The notes under the pieces were generated by a model. That model made no database searches. It was given only the letters and a program-made list of their open reading frames with translations, and was not told the origin of the DNA. A DNA stretch of 36,605 nt from Anaerolineae bacterium (lineage in GTDB: Bacteria > Chloroflexota > Anaerolineae > S140-20). The number at the start of each line of letters is the position of its first letter. Position 1 is the first letter of the stretch. Positions 18,504 through 29,500 of the stretch are shown here, in pieces. A program made the translations under genes and the position numbers. The DNA lies in NCBI GenBank assembly GCA_027021705.1, contig JALUTT010000093.1, positions 1 to 36,605 of the forward strand. Direction: 5' to 3'.

Positions 18504-19565
18504 TCAGCGGTCGAGAGGAGTACCGATCTCCCCCAGCGCCCGGGCTGCGGCCTCTCGGACCCCGGCGTCCGGATCCTGGAGCGCCTGCTGCAGAGCCGGG
18601 ATGGCCCGCTGAGCGCGAACCTGTCCCAGCGCCTCTGCCGCCGCCTGCCGCACCCGGGCCTCCGAATCCTGAAGGGCGGCGACCAGCGCATCTACCATCT
18701 CAGGGGTGGGAAGGACGAGGGCCGGCCTGTCGTGGGCCGGTGAGGAGAGGAACCGTTCGCCCAACGCCGTCATCAGCCGCGTCAGGGTGCTCGTCTCCCC
18801 CATCTGCCCCAGCGCATAGGCCGCCCGGGCTCGAATCTGGGGGTCAGGATCCTCCAGGGCTGCCGTCAGCCACCGGGCGACAGAGCTGTCCATCTCGTTG
18901 AGGGCGATCAGCATCCCGAAGGCGCGGGGGGCCTCCTCGCTGCGGAGCGCTGCCCGCACCGCTCGGGCATCGGGGATGCGGGCCAGCGCCTGAACGGCCG
19001 CCGAGCGCAGCCAGGGCTCGTCCGAGTCCAATACGGCGATGAGGGCATCAGCGGCCTGGGGGTTGCCCATCTGTCCCAGGGCCCGGACAGCCGCCTGCCG
19101 GACCCACTTGTCCTCGTCCTCCAACGCTGCGGTGAGGGCCTCCAATGCGGGGGGGCCAAGACGCCCCAACGCCCGGGCAGCCACATCCCGAAGCTCCACC
19201 GGCCATTCGGTAGAGGGGTGGTGCAGGAGGCGCTCGACCAAGGGGGGCACAGCCCGTGGATCCCCGATCTCACCCAGGGCGACGACGGCGGCCCGCCGCA
19301 CCCAGATGCTGGGATCGTCCAGACAGAGGATGAGAGCCTCCACGGCCTGGCGAGCCCGGAGCTGCCCCAGGGCCTCAGCGGCAACGATGCGCACCCACTG
19401 ATTGGTATCCTCCAGGGCTTCGATGAGGGGCTCGATGGCGCGAGGATCGCCCAGTTCCCCCAGGGCCTGGGCTGCCTGCCAGCGGGTCTTCCAATGCTCG
19501 GCCTGCAGCGCGGTGATGTAAGCGACGGCGGGATCTGAGGCTCCCGGTTGTTGTGATGGTCCCAT
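18504..19565 (-). CDS. HEAT-repeat (PBS lyase-like) protein
   Basis: Multiple 'L.D....VR..AA.ALG.LG..RA...L' repeats; ATG at 19565 after AAAGGAAAGG. Confidence 0.9.
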   Translation of the reverse strand: MGPSQQPGASDPAVAYITALQAEHWKTRWQAAQALGELGDPRAIEPLIEALEDTNQWVRIVAAEALGQLRARQAVEALILCLDDPSIWVRRAAVVALGEIGDPRAVPPLVERLLHHPSTEWPVELRDVAARALGRLGPPALEALTAALEDEDKWVRQAAVRALGQMGNPQAADALIAVLDSDEPWLRSAAVQALARIPDARAVRAALRSEEAPRAFGMLIALNEMDSSVARWLTAALEDPDPQIRARAAYALGQMGETSTLTRLMTALGERFLSSPAHDRPALVLPTPEMVDALVAALQDSEARVRQAAAEALGQVRAQRAIPALQQALQDPDAGVREAAARALGEIGTPLDR

Positions 19566-19714
19566 AGCGCGCCCTTTCCTTTCTAGGTAGCAGTCATCAA
19601 TCCGGCAACAACTGGTGATTCCCCACATCTCGGGAATCCGCTCGGCCCGCCCGGACCTGGAAGGTCCGGGCTGAGAGGAGCAAAGCCCTAACGGGCTGTC
19701 TCGCATCCCCCGGC

Positions 19715-19814
19715 GTAAGGGGCGGCCACCAGGGCCGCTCCCAGCGGCCACCAGCCGCTCCTAGGGGCGGCCCCAGGGCCGCTCCCAGCGGCGGCCACCA
19801 GGGCCGCTCCCTAC
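19715..19814. repeat. Cluster of GC-rich REP-like palindromes
   Basis: Repeated GCGGCC(A/C)CCAGGGCCGCTCC units bounded by GTAAGGGG...CCCTAC. Confidence 0.7.
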
Positions 19815-19842
19815 TGGGGGTAATCACCAAGGCAACACCACG

Positions 19843-22800
19843 ATGATGGGTCTCAAGTCGGCGGGTGACAAACCCGGCGTAAACTTCCCGCTATTATACC
19901 ACAACTTGTCAAAGAAGAGAGGGGGCCTGCTGATCCTGCTGATCTTGCTGGTGGCTGCTGGGCTCCGCCTCTACGGCCTCCCCGTCCCCCCGCCGGGCCC
20001 CCACTACGATGAGGCAGCCAACGGCATCCTGGCCGCCGAGGTGGGGCGCGACGGGCGCTGGCCCCTCTTCCTCCCCGCCTACACGGGCAAAGAAGTCCTC
20101 TTCTTCTACTGGGCCGCCCTCTGGATGCGGCTGCTGGGCGTCAACCTGCTGGCCTTGCGCCTGGCCGCCGCCCTGGCCGGCCTGCTGACCGTGGCCGCCA
20201 CCGCCTGGATGGTCCGGGAGCTCTTCGCCCTGGACCGCCAGCCCTCCGACCCTGTGGACCCGCCGGCCACCGGCTTGGCCCTGCTGACGGCAGCCCTCCT
20301 GGCGACCTCCTTCTGGCACCTCCTGCTCAGCCGGCTGGGCTTCCGCGCCATCCTCCAGCCCCTGCTCCAGGCGCTGACCCTGGCGGCGCTGGGACGGGGG
20401 ATGCGCCTCCCGGCTCAGAGGGGACGATGGCTGACGCTGGCCGGCCTCTTCTGCGGCCTGACCGCCTACACCTACCTGGCCGCCCGGGCCTTCCCCATCC
20501 CCCTCCTCGTCTTCTGGGCGGCCCTGCTGCTGGGAGACCGACGGCGCACCTGGCTGGCAGGCTTCCTCCGCTTTGGCCTGGCCGCCCTCGTGGCCTTCGC
20601 CCCTCTCGGCCTCTACTTCCTCCGCCACCCCGCAGCCTTCGCCACCCGGATGGCCCAGGTCGGCCCTGGGGCCGACTGGGGGGCAGTGCCGTCGGCCTTC
20701 CTGCGCTCCCTGGCCATCTTCTTCTGGCGTGGGGACCCCTACATCCGTTTCAACCTGCCCGGGCGCCCCCTCTTCGGGCCGGTAGTGGGCTTCCTCTTCG
20801 TCCTGGGCTTGCTCGCCACGCTGAGTTCCCTGGGACGGACGCGGAGCCCGCAGGTGCGGGCGCGGGAGTTGCTCCTGCTCACCTGGCTGCCGGCAATGCT
20901 TCTCCCCACCGCCCTCGCCGTCCACGAGGTCCTACCCAGCAACCTGAGGGCGGTAGGGCTCATCCCGCTCGTCTTCCTCTTCCCGGCGCGGGGAGCGCTC
21001 CTCCTCGCCCGTAGGGCCGGCTCTTGGGCGGATCGGCTCCTTCCGGCATCCCGACGCATCGGCCAGGCGGTGACGGTGGAGGGCCTTGTCCTGCTCCTCC
21101 TCCTGGGCACAGGAGGCGTCACGGCCCGCGACTACTTCCTCCGTTACGCCTCCCGCACCGACCTCTTCGAGCAGTCTGACGGGGACCTGGCCGCCATCGC
21201 TGCCTATCTCAACCGGGCCGACCTGGAGGCGACAACCGTCTACGTGGCCAGCATCCACTACCGCCACCCCACCCTCGCCTTCCTGACCCCCGTCTACCCC
21301 CAGGTTCGCTGGCTGGTGGGAGGGCAGACCATCGTCTATCCGGCCCAGGGGGCCGCTCTCTACCTCTTCCCTCGCTCGGCCCGGCCCGACCCGGCCTGGC
21401 TGGACCGCTACCTGCCGGCCTCGGCCCGGCTGGAGACGCCGTCAGGCCCCGACGGGGCCCCGGCCTTCCTGGCCTACCGGCTCTCACCGACGACGATGCC
21501 CACCCCGACCCCCCAACGGCCCCAGGAGGCCGACTTCGGCCACATCCTTCGCCTGCTGGGGTACGATCTGGAGGAGGCCACGTCCGGCGACCGGGTGACG
21601 GTGACCCTCTACTGGCAGGTCCAGAACCGCCCACCGCTGGGAGACTATGGGACCTACCTGCGGCTGGAAGATGGCTGGGGCCACGTCTGGGGGGAGAGCG
21701 GCCCCTTCCACTACCCCGCCGAGCTCTGGACACCGGGGGAGCGGATTGTGGACCGGCTCACCGTACCCGTTGCGCCCGGTGCACCGCCCGGCGACTACCG
21801 GCTCCGGGTCTCCCTCTACGCCCCCTCGGCCAAGGCCAACCTCTCCCTGGTGGACGCCCAAGGGCGCTACGCCGGCCAGGCCGTCCGGCTGGGGCCGATC
21901 TCCCTGGCCCGAGCCCCGACGCCTCCCGACCCTGCCCGCCTCCCCATCCGCCACCGCCTCGAGCAGGCGACGGGGCCGGGGCTGACGCTGCTGGGCTACG
22001 ATCCGCCCCCCGACCGGCGGCGGCCCGGAGAACGGCTTCCGGTCACCCTCTACTGGCGGGCCGGAGAAGCGCTGACCGAGGACTACACCGTCCGCCTGCG
22101 CCTGATCCCCCCCGAGGGAGAGGAGACGATCTTGTACGAGAGCGCACCGGTCCACGGCACCTATCCGACGGGTCGGTGGACGCCGGGCGAGGTGGTGGTG
22201 GACCGCTACGATCCCCGGCTGCCCCGGACGCTGCCCCCAGGCACCTTTTCCCTCACGATGGATCTGCTCTCCCCCACCGGCACCCCGGTCCTGGAAGCCC
22301 TTTCGCTGGGAAAGGTGACGGTAGAGCCCATCGTCCGCCGGTTCGAGCGGCCGGCCATCGGCCACCCCCTGGAGGTCAACCTGGACCACCAGATCGCCCT
22401 GCTGGGCTATGACCTGGACCCCAGCGAGTTCCGACCGGGCGGCCTGTTGCGCCTGACCCTCTACTGGCAGGCGCTGGTCACGATGGAAACCGATTACACC
22501 GTCTTCGTCCACCTGCTGGGGCCGGAGGGGCAGGTGGTGGCTCAGGAGGACCGTCCTCCCGGTGGAGGGACCTACCCAACCACCCTTTGGCTGCCTCCCG
22601 AAATCGTGGCGGATGCCTACGCGATTCCCCTGCCAACCTCCCTGCCTCAAGGGGCGTACCGACTGGAGGTGGGGCTCTACCAGGTGGAGACGGGGCAGCG
22701 CCTTGAGGTCTTCGATGCGAGGGGAAGCTCTCTGGGGGATCGGGTGCTCCTGGACCTGACGGGGGTCTTGCCGGGAATCCAGCCTAGGAATTTGACAGGA

Positions 22801-22845
22801 GAGGATAAACGAAGTACAATGGAAAGGCCAAGGGATAACGGGTGA
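19843..22845 (+). CDS. GT39/ArnT-like (GT-C) membrane glycosyltransferase with three C-terminal extracytoplasmic repeats; true start uncertain, possibly ~20 codons downstream
   Basis: 'LRLYGL...PPGPHYDEAANG' GT-C loop motif, many TM segments, three repeats of 'LLGYD...LYW...YP...W.P.E.V.D'. Confidence 0.85.
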   Translation: MMGLKSAGDKPGVNFPLLYHNLSKKRGGLLILLILLVAAGLRLYGLPVPPPGPHYDEAANGILAAEVGRDGRWPLFLPAYTGKEVLFFYWAALWMRLLGVNLLALRLAAALAGLLTVAATAWMVRELFALDRQPSDPVDPPATGLALLTAALLATSFWHLLLSRLGFRAILQPLLQALTLAALGRGMRLPAQRGRWLTLAGLFCGLTAYTYLAARAFPIPLLVFWAALLLGDRRRTWLAGFLRFGLAALVAFAPLGLYFLRHPAAFATRMAQVGPGADWGAVPSAFLRSLAIFFWRGDPYIRFNLPGRPLFGPVVGFLFVLGLLATLSSLGRTRSPQVRARELLLLTWLPAMLLPTALAVHEVLPSNLRAVGLIPLVFLFPARGALLLARRAGSWADRLLPASRRIGQAVTVEGLVLLLLLGTGGVTARDYFLRYASRTDLFEQSDGDLAAIAAYLNRADLEATTVYVASIHYRHPTLAFLTPVYPQVRWLVGGQTIVYPAQGAALYLFPRSARPDPAWLDRYLPASARLETPSGPDGAPAFLAYRLSPTTMPTPTPQRPQEADFGHILRLLGYDLEEATSGDRVTVTLYWQVQNRPPLGDYGTYLRLEDGWGHVWGESGPFHYPAELWTPGERIVDRLTVPVAPGAPPGDYRLRVSLYAPSAKANLSLVDAQGRYAGQAVRLGPISLARAPTPPDPARLPIRHRLEQATGPGLTLLGYDPPPDRRRPGERLPVTLYWRAGEALTEDYTVRLRLIPPEGEETILYESAPVHGTYPTGRWTPGEVVVDRYDPRLPRTLPPGTFSLTMDLLSPTGTPVLEALSLGKVTVEPIVRRFERPAIGHPLEVNLDHQIALLGYDLDPSEFRPGGLLRLTLYWQALVTMETDYTVFVHLLGPEGQVVAQEDRPPGGGTYPTTLWLPPEIVADAYAIPLPTSLPQGAYRLEVGLYQVETGQRLEVFDARGSSLGDRVLLDLTGVLPGIQPRNLTGEDKRSTMERPRDNG
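19893..19901 (-). promoter_or_regulatory. Extended -10 promoter candidate for the HEAT gene
   Basis: TGGTATAAT on the minus strand; no correctly spaced -35. Confidence 0.45.
22792..22820 (+). promoter_or_regulatory. sigma70-type promoter for carD-infA
   Basis: TTGACA-17 bp-TACAAT, overlapping the last codons of the GT39 ORF. Confidence 0.8.
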
Positions 22846-22908
22846 AGTACACACTACTCCCATCCCAATCGTGGGGCTTCGTGTCGCCAGGACGGAAAGG
22901 GGGCAGGA

Positions 22909-23394
22909 ATGTTTGCAATTGGCGATAAAGTGGTTCACCCCCGCTATGGCGCCGGCACGATTGTGGACATCGAAGAGAAGCGCATGGGGGGTGAGGCCGC
23001 ACGCTACTACATCATCGAGTTGATCGGGCGTCCCAGTCGCCTGATGGTACCTGTGGACAACGCGGACAACATCGGGTTGCGTCCCCCGATTCGTCAAATC
23101 CAGCGCGTCTTCCAGGTGCTGACCGAAGAGCCCGTCCCGCTGCCCAGCGACCACCGGGCACGTCGGGAACAGTTGACCGAGCTGCTGCGAACAGGGGACC
23201 CTCTGCTCATCGGAGAGGTGCTGCGCAACCTGGCCTGGCGTGACCATCGGTCGCGCCTGACGGAGGCCGACAGCAAGCTCTACCAGCAGGCGCAGAACTT
23301 CCTGGCCGGCGAGCTGGCGGCCAGCCAGGGGATTGACCTGGAGGAGGCCCGAGGGCAGTTGCTCTCAGCCCTTGACCTTCCCAACGAAGGGTGA
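22909..23394 (+). CDS. carD: CarD family RNA polymerase-binding regulator
   Basis: 'MFAIGDKVVHPRYGAGTIVDIEE...LMVPVDN...IGLR', 'L..GELA'. Confidence 0.92.
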   Translation: MFAIGDKVVHPRYGAGTIVDIEEKRMGGEAARYYIIELIGRPSRLMVPVDNADNIGLRPPIRQIQRVFQVLTEEPVPLPSDHRARREQLTELLRTGDPLLIGEVLRNLAWRDHRSRLTEADSKLYQQAQNFLAGELAASQGIDLEEARGQLLSALDLPNEG

Positions 23395-23448
23395 CGGCCA
23401 GCGCCAGAGGCATCCATCTCTACAGGAGGAGCGACAAAGGAGCACCTT

Positions 23449-23685
23449 ATGGGCAAAAAAGAAGACAAGATCGAAGTCGAAGGGACGGTTGTCGAAGCCC
23501 TACCCGGGACCCAGTTCCGGGTCCGGCTGGACAACGGCCATGAAATCCTCGCCTATCTGTCCGGCAAGATGCGGCGGTACTACATCCACATCCTGCTGGG
23601 CGACCGAGTGCGGGTGGAAGTCTCCCCCTACGACCTGACCCGGGGACGTATCACCTATCGCTACAAGCGACAGCCCACATCGTAG
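23449..23685 (+). CDS. infA: Translation initiation factor IF-1
   Basis: '[35 protein letters not shown]...[21 protein letters not shown]'. Confidence 0.98.
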   Translation: MGKKEDKIEVEGTVVEALPGTQFRVRLDNGHEILAYLSGKMRRYYIHILLGDRVRVEVSPYDLTRGRITYRYKRQPTS

Positions 23686-23748
23686 ACCGTCCCCCCCGGC
23701 TCTCCCCGCCTCTCACGCCCCGACTCCCGGGGTCCCCCAGGACGACCC

Positions 23749-23778
23749 GTAGGGGGCGACCGCTGGCGTCGCCCCTGT
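23749..23778. repeat. GTAG-type REP-like hairpin between convergent infA and pfkA
   Basis: GTAGGGGGCGAC-cgctggc-GTCGCCCCT; near-copy at 35514-35537. Confidence 0.65.
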
Positions 23779-23798
23779 TCTCTTGGTAGCCTGTTTCC

Positions 23799-24764
23799 CT
23801 ACTGCGCCAGGATCCGGGCCATCTCGTAATACGCCAGGTTCGCCTGGCGCTGTCTGCTGGTCACCTGCTCTAGGGGTACCGTCGTGATCTTCCGTCCCTG
23901 CAGCCCCACCATCACGCCGTGCTCCCCGCCGTAGAGGGCTTCCACCGCCTTGACCCCCAGCCGGGTCGCCAACAGCCGGTCAAAGGCCGACGGCGTCCCC
24001 CCACGCTGGATGTGCCCCAGGATGGTCACGCGGACCTCGAAGCCGATCTCGTGCTGGCGGAGGTGGTTGGCGATCTCCTCCGTCGTGGGTCGGGCTCCTT
24101 CGGCGATGACGATGATGGCGTGCTGTTTCCCTACGATGTAGGCTTCCTCCACGACCCGGACGATCTGCTCCAGAGAAGTCTCCACCTCGGGGATGACGAT
24201 CTGCTCGGCACCGCTCAGGATGCCCCCCATCAGCGCCAGGTAGCCGCAGTTCCGCCCCATCGTCTCTACCAGGAAGGCCCGGTTGTGGGACGAAGCCGTA
24301 TCCCGCAGCTTGTCCACCGCCTCCAGGATCGTGTTCAGCGCGGTGTCCACACCGATGGACATATTGGTCCCCCAGATGTCGTTGTCTATGCTGCCGGGGA
24401 CGCCGACGACGGGGAACCCCAGCCGGTGGAGCGCCAGGGCACCGCGCAGGGAGCCATCCCCTCCGATGACCACCAGGCCGTCAATGCCCTCCTCGTTGAG
24501 GCGGCGTAACCCCCGCTTCTGCCCCCGTTCCGTTTTGAACTCCTGGCAGCGAGCCGTCTGGAGGATCGTTCCGCCCCGCTGGATGATCCCCCCGACATCC
24601 CGAGGCCCCATCGGATGGATGTCACCCTCCAGCAGGCCGGTGAAGCCCCGATGGATGCCGTAAGGCTCCAGACCGTAAGCGAGGGCCGTGCGTACCACGG
24701 CCCTCACCGCTGCGTTCATCCCCGGTGCATCCCCCCCGCTGGTCATCACCGCAATGCGCTTCAT
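23799..24764 (-). CDS. pfkA: ATP-dependent 6-phosphofructokinase
   Basis: 'TSGGDAPGMN', 'GGDGS' (ATP-type), 'SIDND', 'MGR', 'LGHIQRGG'. Confidence 0.96.
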   Translation of the reverse strand: MKRIAVMTSGGDAPGMNAAVRAVVRTALAYGLEPYGIHRGFTGLLEGDIHPMGPRDVGGIIQRGGTILQTARCQEFKTERGQKRGLRRLNEEGIDGLVVIGGDGSLRGALALHRLGFPVVGVPGSIDNDIWGTNMSIGVDTALNTILEAVDKLRDTASSHNRAFLVETMGRNCGYLALMGGILSGAEQIVIPEVETSLEQIVRVVEEAYIVGKQHAIIVIAEGARPTTEEIANHLRQHEIGFEVRVTILGHIQRGGTPSAFDRLLATRLGVKAVEALYGGEHGVMVGLQGRKITTVPLEQVTSRQRQANLAYYEMARILAQ

Positions 24765-24799
24765 CGTTTACCTCCCAGTCGAGACTTGGACAGTCTCGC

Positions 24800-25948
24800 T
24801 CAGTAGAGGAACATCGGCTTCCCCTCGACACGACGGGTCTTGGGACGGTATTCCTCAATGTCGTACAGCTCGTCCACGTCCACCCGCTTGACCCCCTCGG
24901 TAACCGTCTTGAGCGGCACGTGGGTGTAGGTGCCGTGGCGCAGGGCCACCATCCGATTGTAGCGCCGGTCCACGATCAGGTCCATCGCGATGTTGGCGTA
25001 ATTCATCGCCACCATCAGGTCCAGAGAGTCAGGGGCCCCGCTGCGCATCAGGTAGGCCAGGCGCTGGTAGAGGACCTCCTCACCGGTGATGCGCTGGATC
25101 TCCCGGCCCGTGACCTCTCCGATCCCCCCCAGCCGGCGATGACCGTAGGCATCCTCAGGCCCCGACTCGATGACGGTGCCGCCGATCATCTGGGCACCCT
25201 CGGAGATCGTCATCATCGCGTAGTGGCTGGGATTTTCCCTCTTATCCTTCTGGAGCAAGTAGGCCAGCTTCTCCGGGTCAAAGGGCACCTCGGAGATGAT
25301 GGCCCGGTCCACACCGGAGAGGTAAGCGGCGATGAGGGAGGTCTCGCCGGAATTGCGCCCGAAGAGCTCGACGATGGCGATCCGCTCGTGGGAGCCCGTC
25401 GCCGTGCGCAGTTGGTGGATGAACTGGACGCTCCGCGTGACCGCCGTGGAGAAGCCGATGCAGTAGTCGGTGCCGTAGACGTCGTTGTCCATCGTCTTGG
25501 GAATGGCAACGACCGGCAGCCCCTCTTGGTGAACCCGAACGCCGTAGCTGAGGGTGTCGTCCCCACCGATGGGCACCAGGACGTCAATCTTCAGGTGCTC
25601 CAGGACCTGCATGACGTGAGCGGTGAAGTCCTGGGCCCTTGTCAGGTCGGCCTTGTCCCGCAGGAAGTCGGGGACCTCGTGGGGACGCACGTTGCTGGGG
25701 TTGATGCGGGAGGTGTGCAGGAAGGTGCCCCCGGTGCGGTCAATGGTGCGCACCGCCTGCTTGTCCAGGGGAACCGTACAGACCTGGTGGGTCGCAGGAT
25801 CATCCGGGTTGTAGTTCAACAGTCCCCACCATCCCCGACGAATGCCGATCACGTCATAGCCTTCGTCTACAGCCCGGTTGACCAAAGCCTTGATGCAGGG
25901 GTTGAGACCAGGGACATCGCCCCCACCGGTCAGGACTCCAATGCGCAT
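24800..25948 (-). CDS. Phosphofructokinase family protein with PPi-type signature
   Basis: '[10 protein letters not shown]', 'GGDDT' and 'PKTMDND'; ATG at 25948 after AGGAGG. Confidence 0.9.
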   Translation of the reverse strand: MRIGVLTGGGDVPGLNPCIKALVNRAVDEGYDVIGIRRGWWGLLNYNPDDPATHQVCTVPLDKQAVRTIDRTGGTFLHTSRINPSNVRPHEVPDFLRDKADLTRAQDFTAHVMQVLEHLKIDVLVPIGGDDTLSYGVRVHQEGLPVVAIPKTMDNDVYGTDYCIGFSTAVTRSVQFIHQLRTATGSHERIAIVELFGRNSGETSLIAAYLSGVDRAIISEVPFDPEKLAYLLQKDKRENPSHYAMMTISEGAQMIGGTVIESGPEDAYGHRRLGGIGEVTGREIQRITGEEVLYQRLAYLMRSGAPDSLDLMVAMNYANIAMDLIVDRRYNRMVALRHGTYTHVPLKTVTEGVKRVDVDELYDIEEYRPKTRRVEGKPMFLY

Positions 25949-25979
25949 CGTTTCCCTCCTTGCTCGTCGTTGGTCGTGA

Positions 25980-26468
25980 TCAGGGATTGGTGAAGTCAGC
26001 CACCTGTCCGCCGGTGACTCGGACCAATTCGCTGAAGGAAATGGCGAAGAGGATGTCCGGATGGCCGGCCGCGGCATAGACCGTCTCGAAACGCTCCAGG
26101 GAGCGGTCTACCCAGGTGGGAAGGGGGTGCCGATGGCCTACCGGCGGCACGCCTCCTACCGGGAACCCGGTCTCCTCTTCGACGCGACGGGCATCGGCGA
26201 TCTTCACCCGGCGGACCCCCAGCAGCCCTTTAAGCCGATCGGTCGCCACCCGGCGGTCACCGGCCACCAACAGGAGGATCGCCTGCCCATCGGCCAAGAA
26301 GAGCAGCGATTTGACGATGCTGCCCAGGGGGACCCTCAGAGCTTGGGCGGCCAGGGGGGCCGTGCGCCCGCTCTGCTGGAGCGGAATGAAGGATACCACG
26401 ACTCCGGCAGCCGTCAATGCCTGCCTGACCGCCTCTGGCCCCCGTCCTTCGCCTTCGCTGTTGAGCAC
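25980..26468 (-). CDS. YbaK/EbsC family aminoacyl-tRNA deacylase
   Basis: 'IVKSLLF', '[13 protein letters not shown]', 'YAAAG'. Confidence 0.9.
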   Translation of the reverse strand: MLNSEGEGRGPEAVRQALTAAGVVVSFIPLQQSGRTAPLAAQALRVPLGSIVKSLLFLADGQAILLLVAGDRRVATDRLKGLLGVRRVKIADARRVEEETGFPVGGVPPVGHRHPLPTWVDRSLERFETVYAAAGHPDILFAISFSELVRVTGGQVADFTNP

Positions 26469-26550
26469 GTCCTCCCCCTTGAGTTCACCCTATCACCGAC
26501 GACACGGCTGATCGCGCCCTCCCAATCCGTGCGATCTCCGCTTTCCTCCC

Positions 26551-29500
26551 TCACCCATCCACCACCCGAACCGCCTCCGGCCCCAGCAGCTCGACCAGAT
26601 CCCGCTCCAACTCAGGGCAGTACCCCGTGGTGTCGTTGGGGAAGTCCAGTTCCACGTCGCCGTTCGGTCCGCCGAGCAATCGGATGGTGAAGCGGTCCTG
26701 GCCTTCATAGCGCAGGAGGGTGGCGTGAACCCGGCGCAACCGTTTCTTGTCCGCCTCCAGGTTCTCGGTACGGTGGAAGAGGATAAGCAACCGCCGGCGC
26801 TGCCGGGGCGCAGGGGCATGCGTCTCCCTGGCCTCCTTAACCGGCGCAACCGCCGGGGCTGCTGAGGAAACCTCCGCCACCGGCGCCGCCTCGGCCACCG
26901 GCACCGGGCTCCACTCCGGCGGTGGCGGGGGCTCCTCGGGAGGCGGAGGCATCGCCTCTCGCCCCTTGCCTCCTGCCCCTTGCTCCTTGCCTCTTGCCCC
27001 TTGCCCCTTGCCCCTTGCCCCTTGCCCCTTGCCCCTTGCCCCTTGCCCCTTGCCCCTTGCCCCTTGCCCCCTGCTTGCCCCTTGCTCCTCGTCAGGACGA
27101 CCGTCGTGACCGTTCCCATCGGCCGGCCCCGGCACGGTCACCTGGTCCCGAATCCGGTCGGCGATGAGGCGAGGCTCCCGGCTCTCGCCATCCACCCGGC
27201 CCCAGACGACAAGGACCTTTTCGGGCACGACCAGGTCCTGGACCTGCTTCCAGAGGCGGGGGAAGACGGTGACCTCCATTGTGCCGAAGGGGTCTTCCAG
27301 AGCCACGAAGGCCATGGCGTCCCCCTTGCGGGTGATGTGGGGGCGCACGTAGGTCACGACGCCGGCCACGATCACCTTCTGCCCCGCCATATCCCGGAGG
27401 TGGCTGCTGGGGACGATGGTCAGATGGCTCAGCCGGTCCAGGACCGATTGCATCGGGTGGGTGGAGACGTAGGTGCCGATCAGCTCCTTCTCCCAGGCCA
27501 GCATCTCCTTGCGGGGCACCTCGGGGATCTCGTCGAGGGCCCCCAAGAAGGCTTCGCTGCCCAGGGAGAGGCCGGCCGTCGTGCCGAAGAAGGTGAGCTG
27601 GCCGACCTCCCGGGCCTCGTGGACCTGCCGGCTGAAGCCGATCATCCGGTCCATCGCGGCCAGGAGCTGGGAGCGGCGACCAAAGCCGTCCAACGCCCCC
27701 ACCTTGATGAGGCACTCCAGCCCCCGTCGGTTGACCTGGCGCAGGTCCACCCGGCGGCAGAAATCCTCCAGGTCGCGGAAGGGGCCACCCTTGCGGCGGG
27801 CCTCCAGGATCAGGCGGACCGGCCCCTCACCCAGGTTCTTGATGGCCCCCAGCCCGAAGCGGATGGCTGTGGTGCCGTCGGTCTCCTCGATGGTGAAGCT
27901 GACGTCGCTGTAGTTGACGTCGGGCGGGCGCACCTCGATGCCCATCCGCCGGGCCTCGGCGATGATCAGCCCCACCTTCTCCGTGTTGTGCCGCTCCACC
28001 GTCAGCAAGGCGGTGATGTACTCGACCGGGTAGTGGGCCTTCAGGTAGGCCGTCTGGCAGGTGATGACCGCGTAGTCACAGGCGTGGCTGTTGTGAACCA
28101 GGATGTCGTTGGCGATGAAGTTGTGGGTGCCGGCAACGGTCAGATCGTAGGTCCGCTTCTCCCCCACATACTCGATGGAGACGACCTCGTCCCAGTAGAG
28201 GTCGCTCTCAGCGTACCGGCGCCGTTCCTCGCCGTCGAAGGAGTCGGCCGGCCGGCCTCTCGTCTCGCGCCGGAGCCCCCGCTTGGATGCGGAAGGGGCA
28301 ACGGAGGAGAGCTCCCGGTAGGCTACCCCGGCCTCGGCGCGGACCCGGCCCCAGGCGACACCATGGGCCTCTCCCTCCGCTCCGACCGGCCCTTGGATGG
28401 CCGCCGGTACCGTGTCCCGGCTGTGCTTCACCTCTGCCGATTGGGCTAGGATCTGCGCCCGTGCCTCGAGGTCCTCGGGGCGGATGAAGTGTTGCCCCAC
28501 GGCGGTGACGAACCGCCGAAGGTGCTCCTCCCCCATCACGTGCACCTGGTAGCCGCCCCGCCCATCTCGATCAGGGAACCCCCCTTTCCTCAAGCGGCTC
28601 ACAATGCCCAGGCGCAGCAGGAGGTGCTGGACCTGCCGGGCCAGGCGCTCCGAGGCCATGACGTAGTAGGCATGCCAGGACCCCTGCCGGGCTCCTAGGT
28701 AACCGCCGCTCGCCCAGAGGCGGCTGAGCAGGAGCGCGACCTGGCGGTTGGTCAAGGTGAAGACCTCGGGCGGGATCACCTTCTGATGGGCCTTCTTTCC
28801 TCCCAGGCCCAGGGCCCTGACCCACTGGACGACGCCGGGTTCCTCGCCTCGGCGGAGGCCTCGGGCGTAGACCGAGTAGGTGGATCGGCGCTGGCGCACC
28901 GTGCAGGCCACGTTGTCAAACTGCTCGACGGCCCGAAGGTAGTCCGCCAGGCAGGTTTCATCGCGGGTGTGGTAGGAGACCAAGCCGGGGTGGCAGAGGT
29001 CGCCCTCGGCCAGCAGGTGTCCCAGCACGATCACCTGGTGCTCAGGCCACTCCTGAGACCCCTCGACGGGCAGGCGACGGGGCACTGCGATGCGGTCACC
29101 GGGCCGCAACTCATCCAGACGCCGCCAGCCCTCAAACGTGTAGAAGGGATGGTTGGCCGTGGCTTCGATCTCGTGCCCCAGAGCCGTGACCAGACGGAAG
29201 ACGGGACGGACCCCGTTGTCCATCACCGCCGTCACCGGGGCGGTGCGGAGGGCCAGCCCATCGAGGTCACAGGTCACCGTCTCTTGAATCGAGGCCACCC
29301 CCCGGTAGAGGGCCTCGATCTTGACCAGGCGACCGGTGGCGGCGTCCACGACCTCCACGTCCCCCGGCAGGCACTTGTTGAACCCGTAGCGGGCGAAGAA
29401 CTCGATGTCGTCGAAGATCGCCTCGGCGGTCTCGCGGGGGATGCCGTTGGCCTCGCAGCCCTGGACGAACTTGGTGCGGTGGGCCAGGAGGGCCTCTTTC

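Noticed and set aside
19566..19751. N-terminal extension of the HEAT ORF
   Set aside because: Runs through REP-like palindromes; a purine-rich RBS supports ATG 19565
26493..27119. Separate 208-aa ORF with GQGARGK repeats
   Set aside because: Alternative frame of the dnaE heptamer tract; a 7-bp repeat yields the same heptapeptide in all three frames
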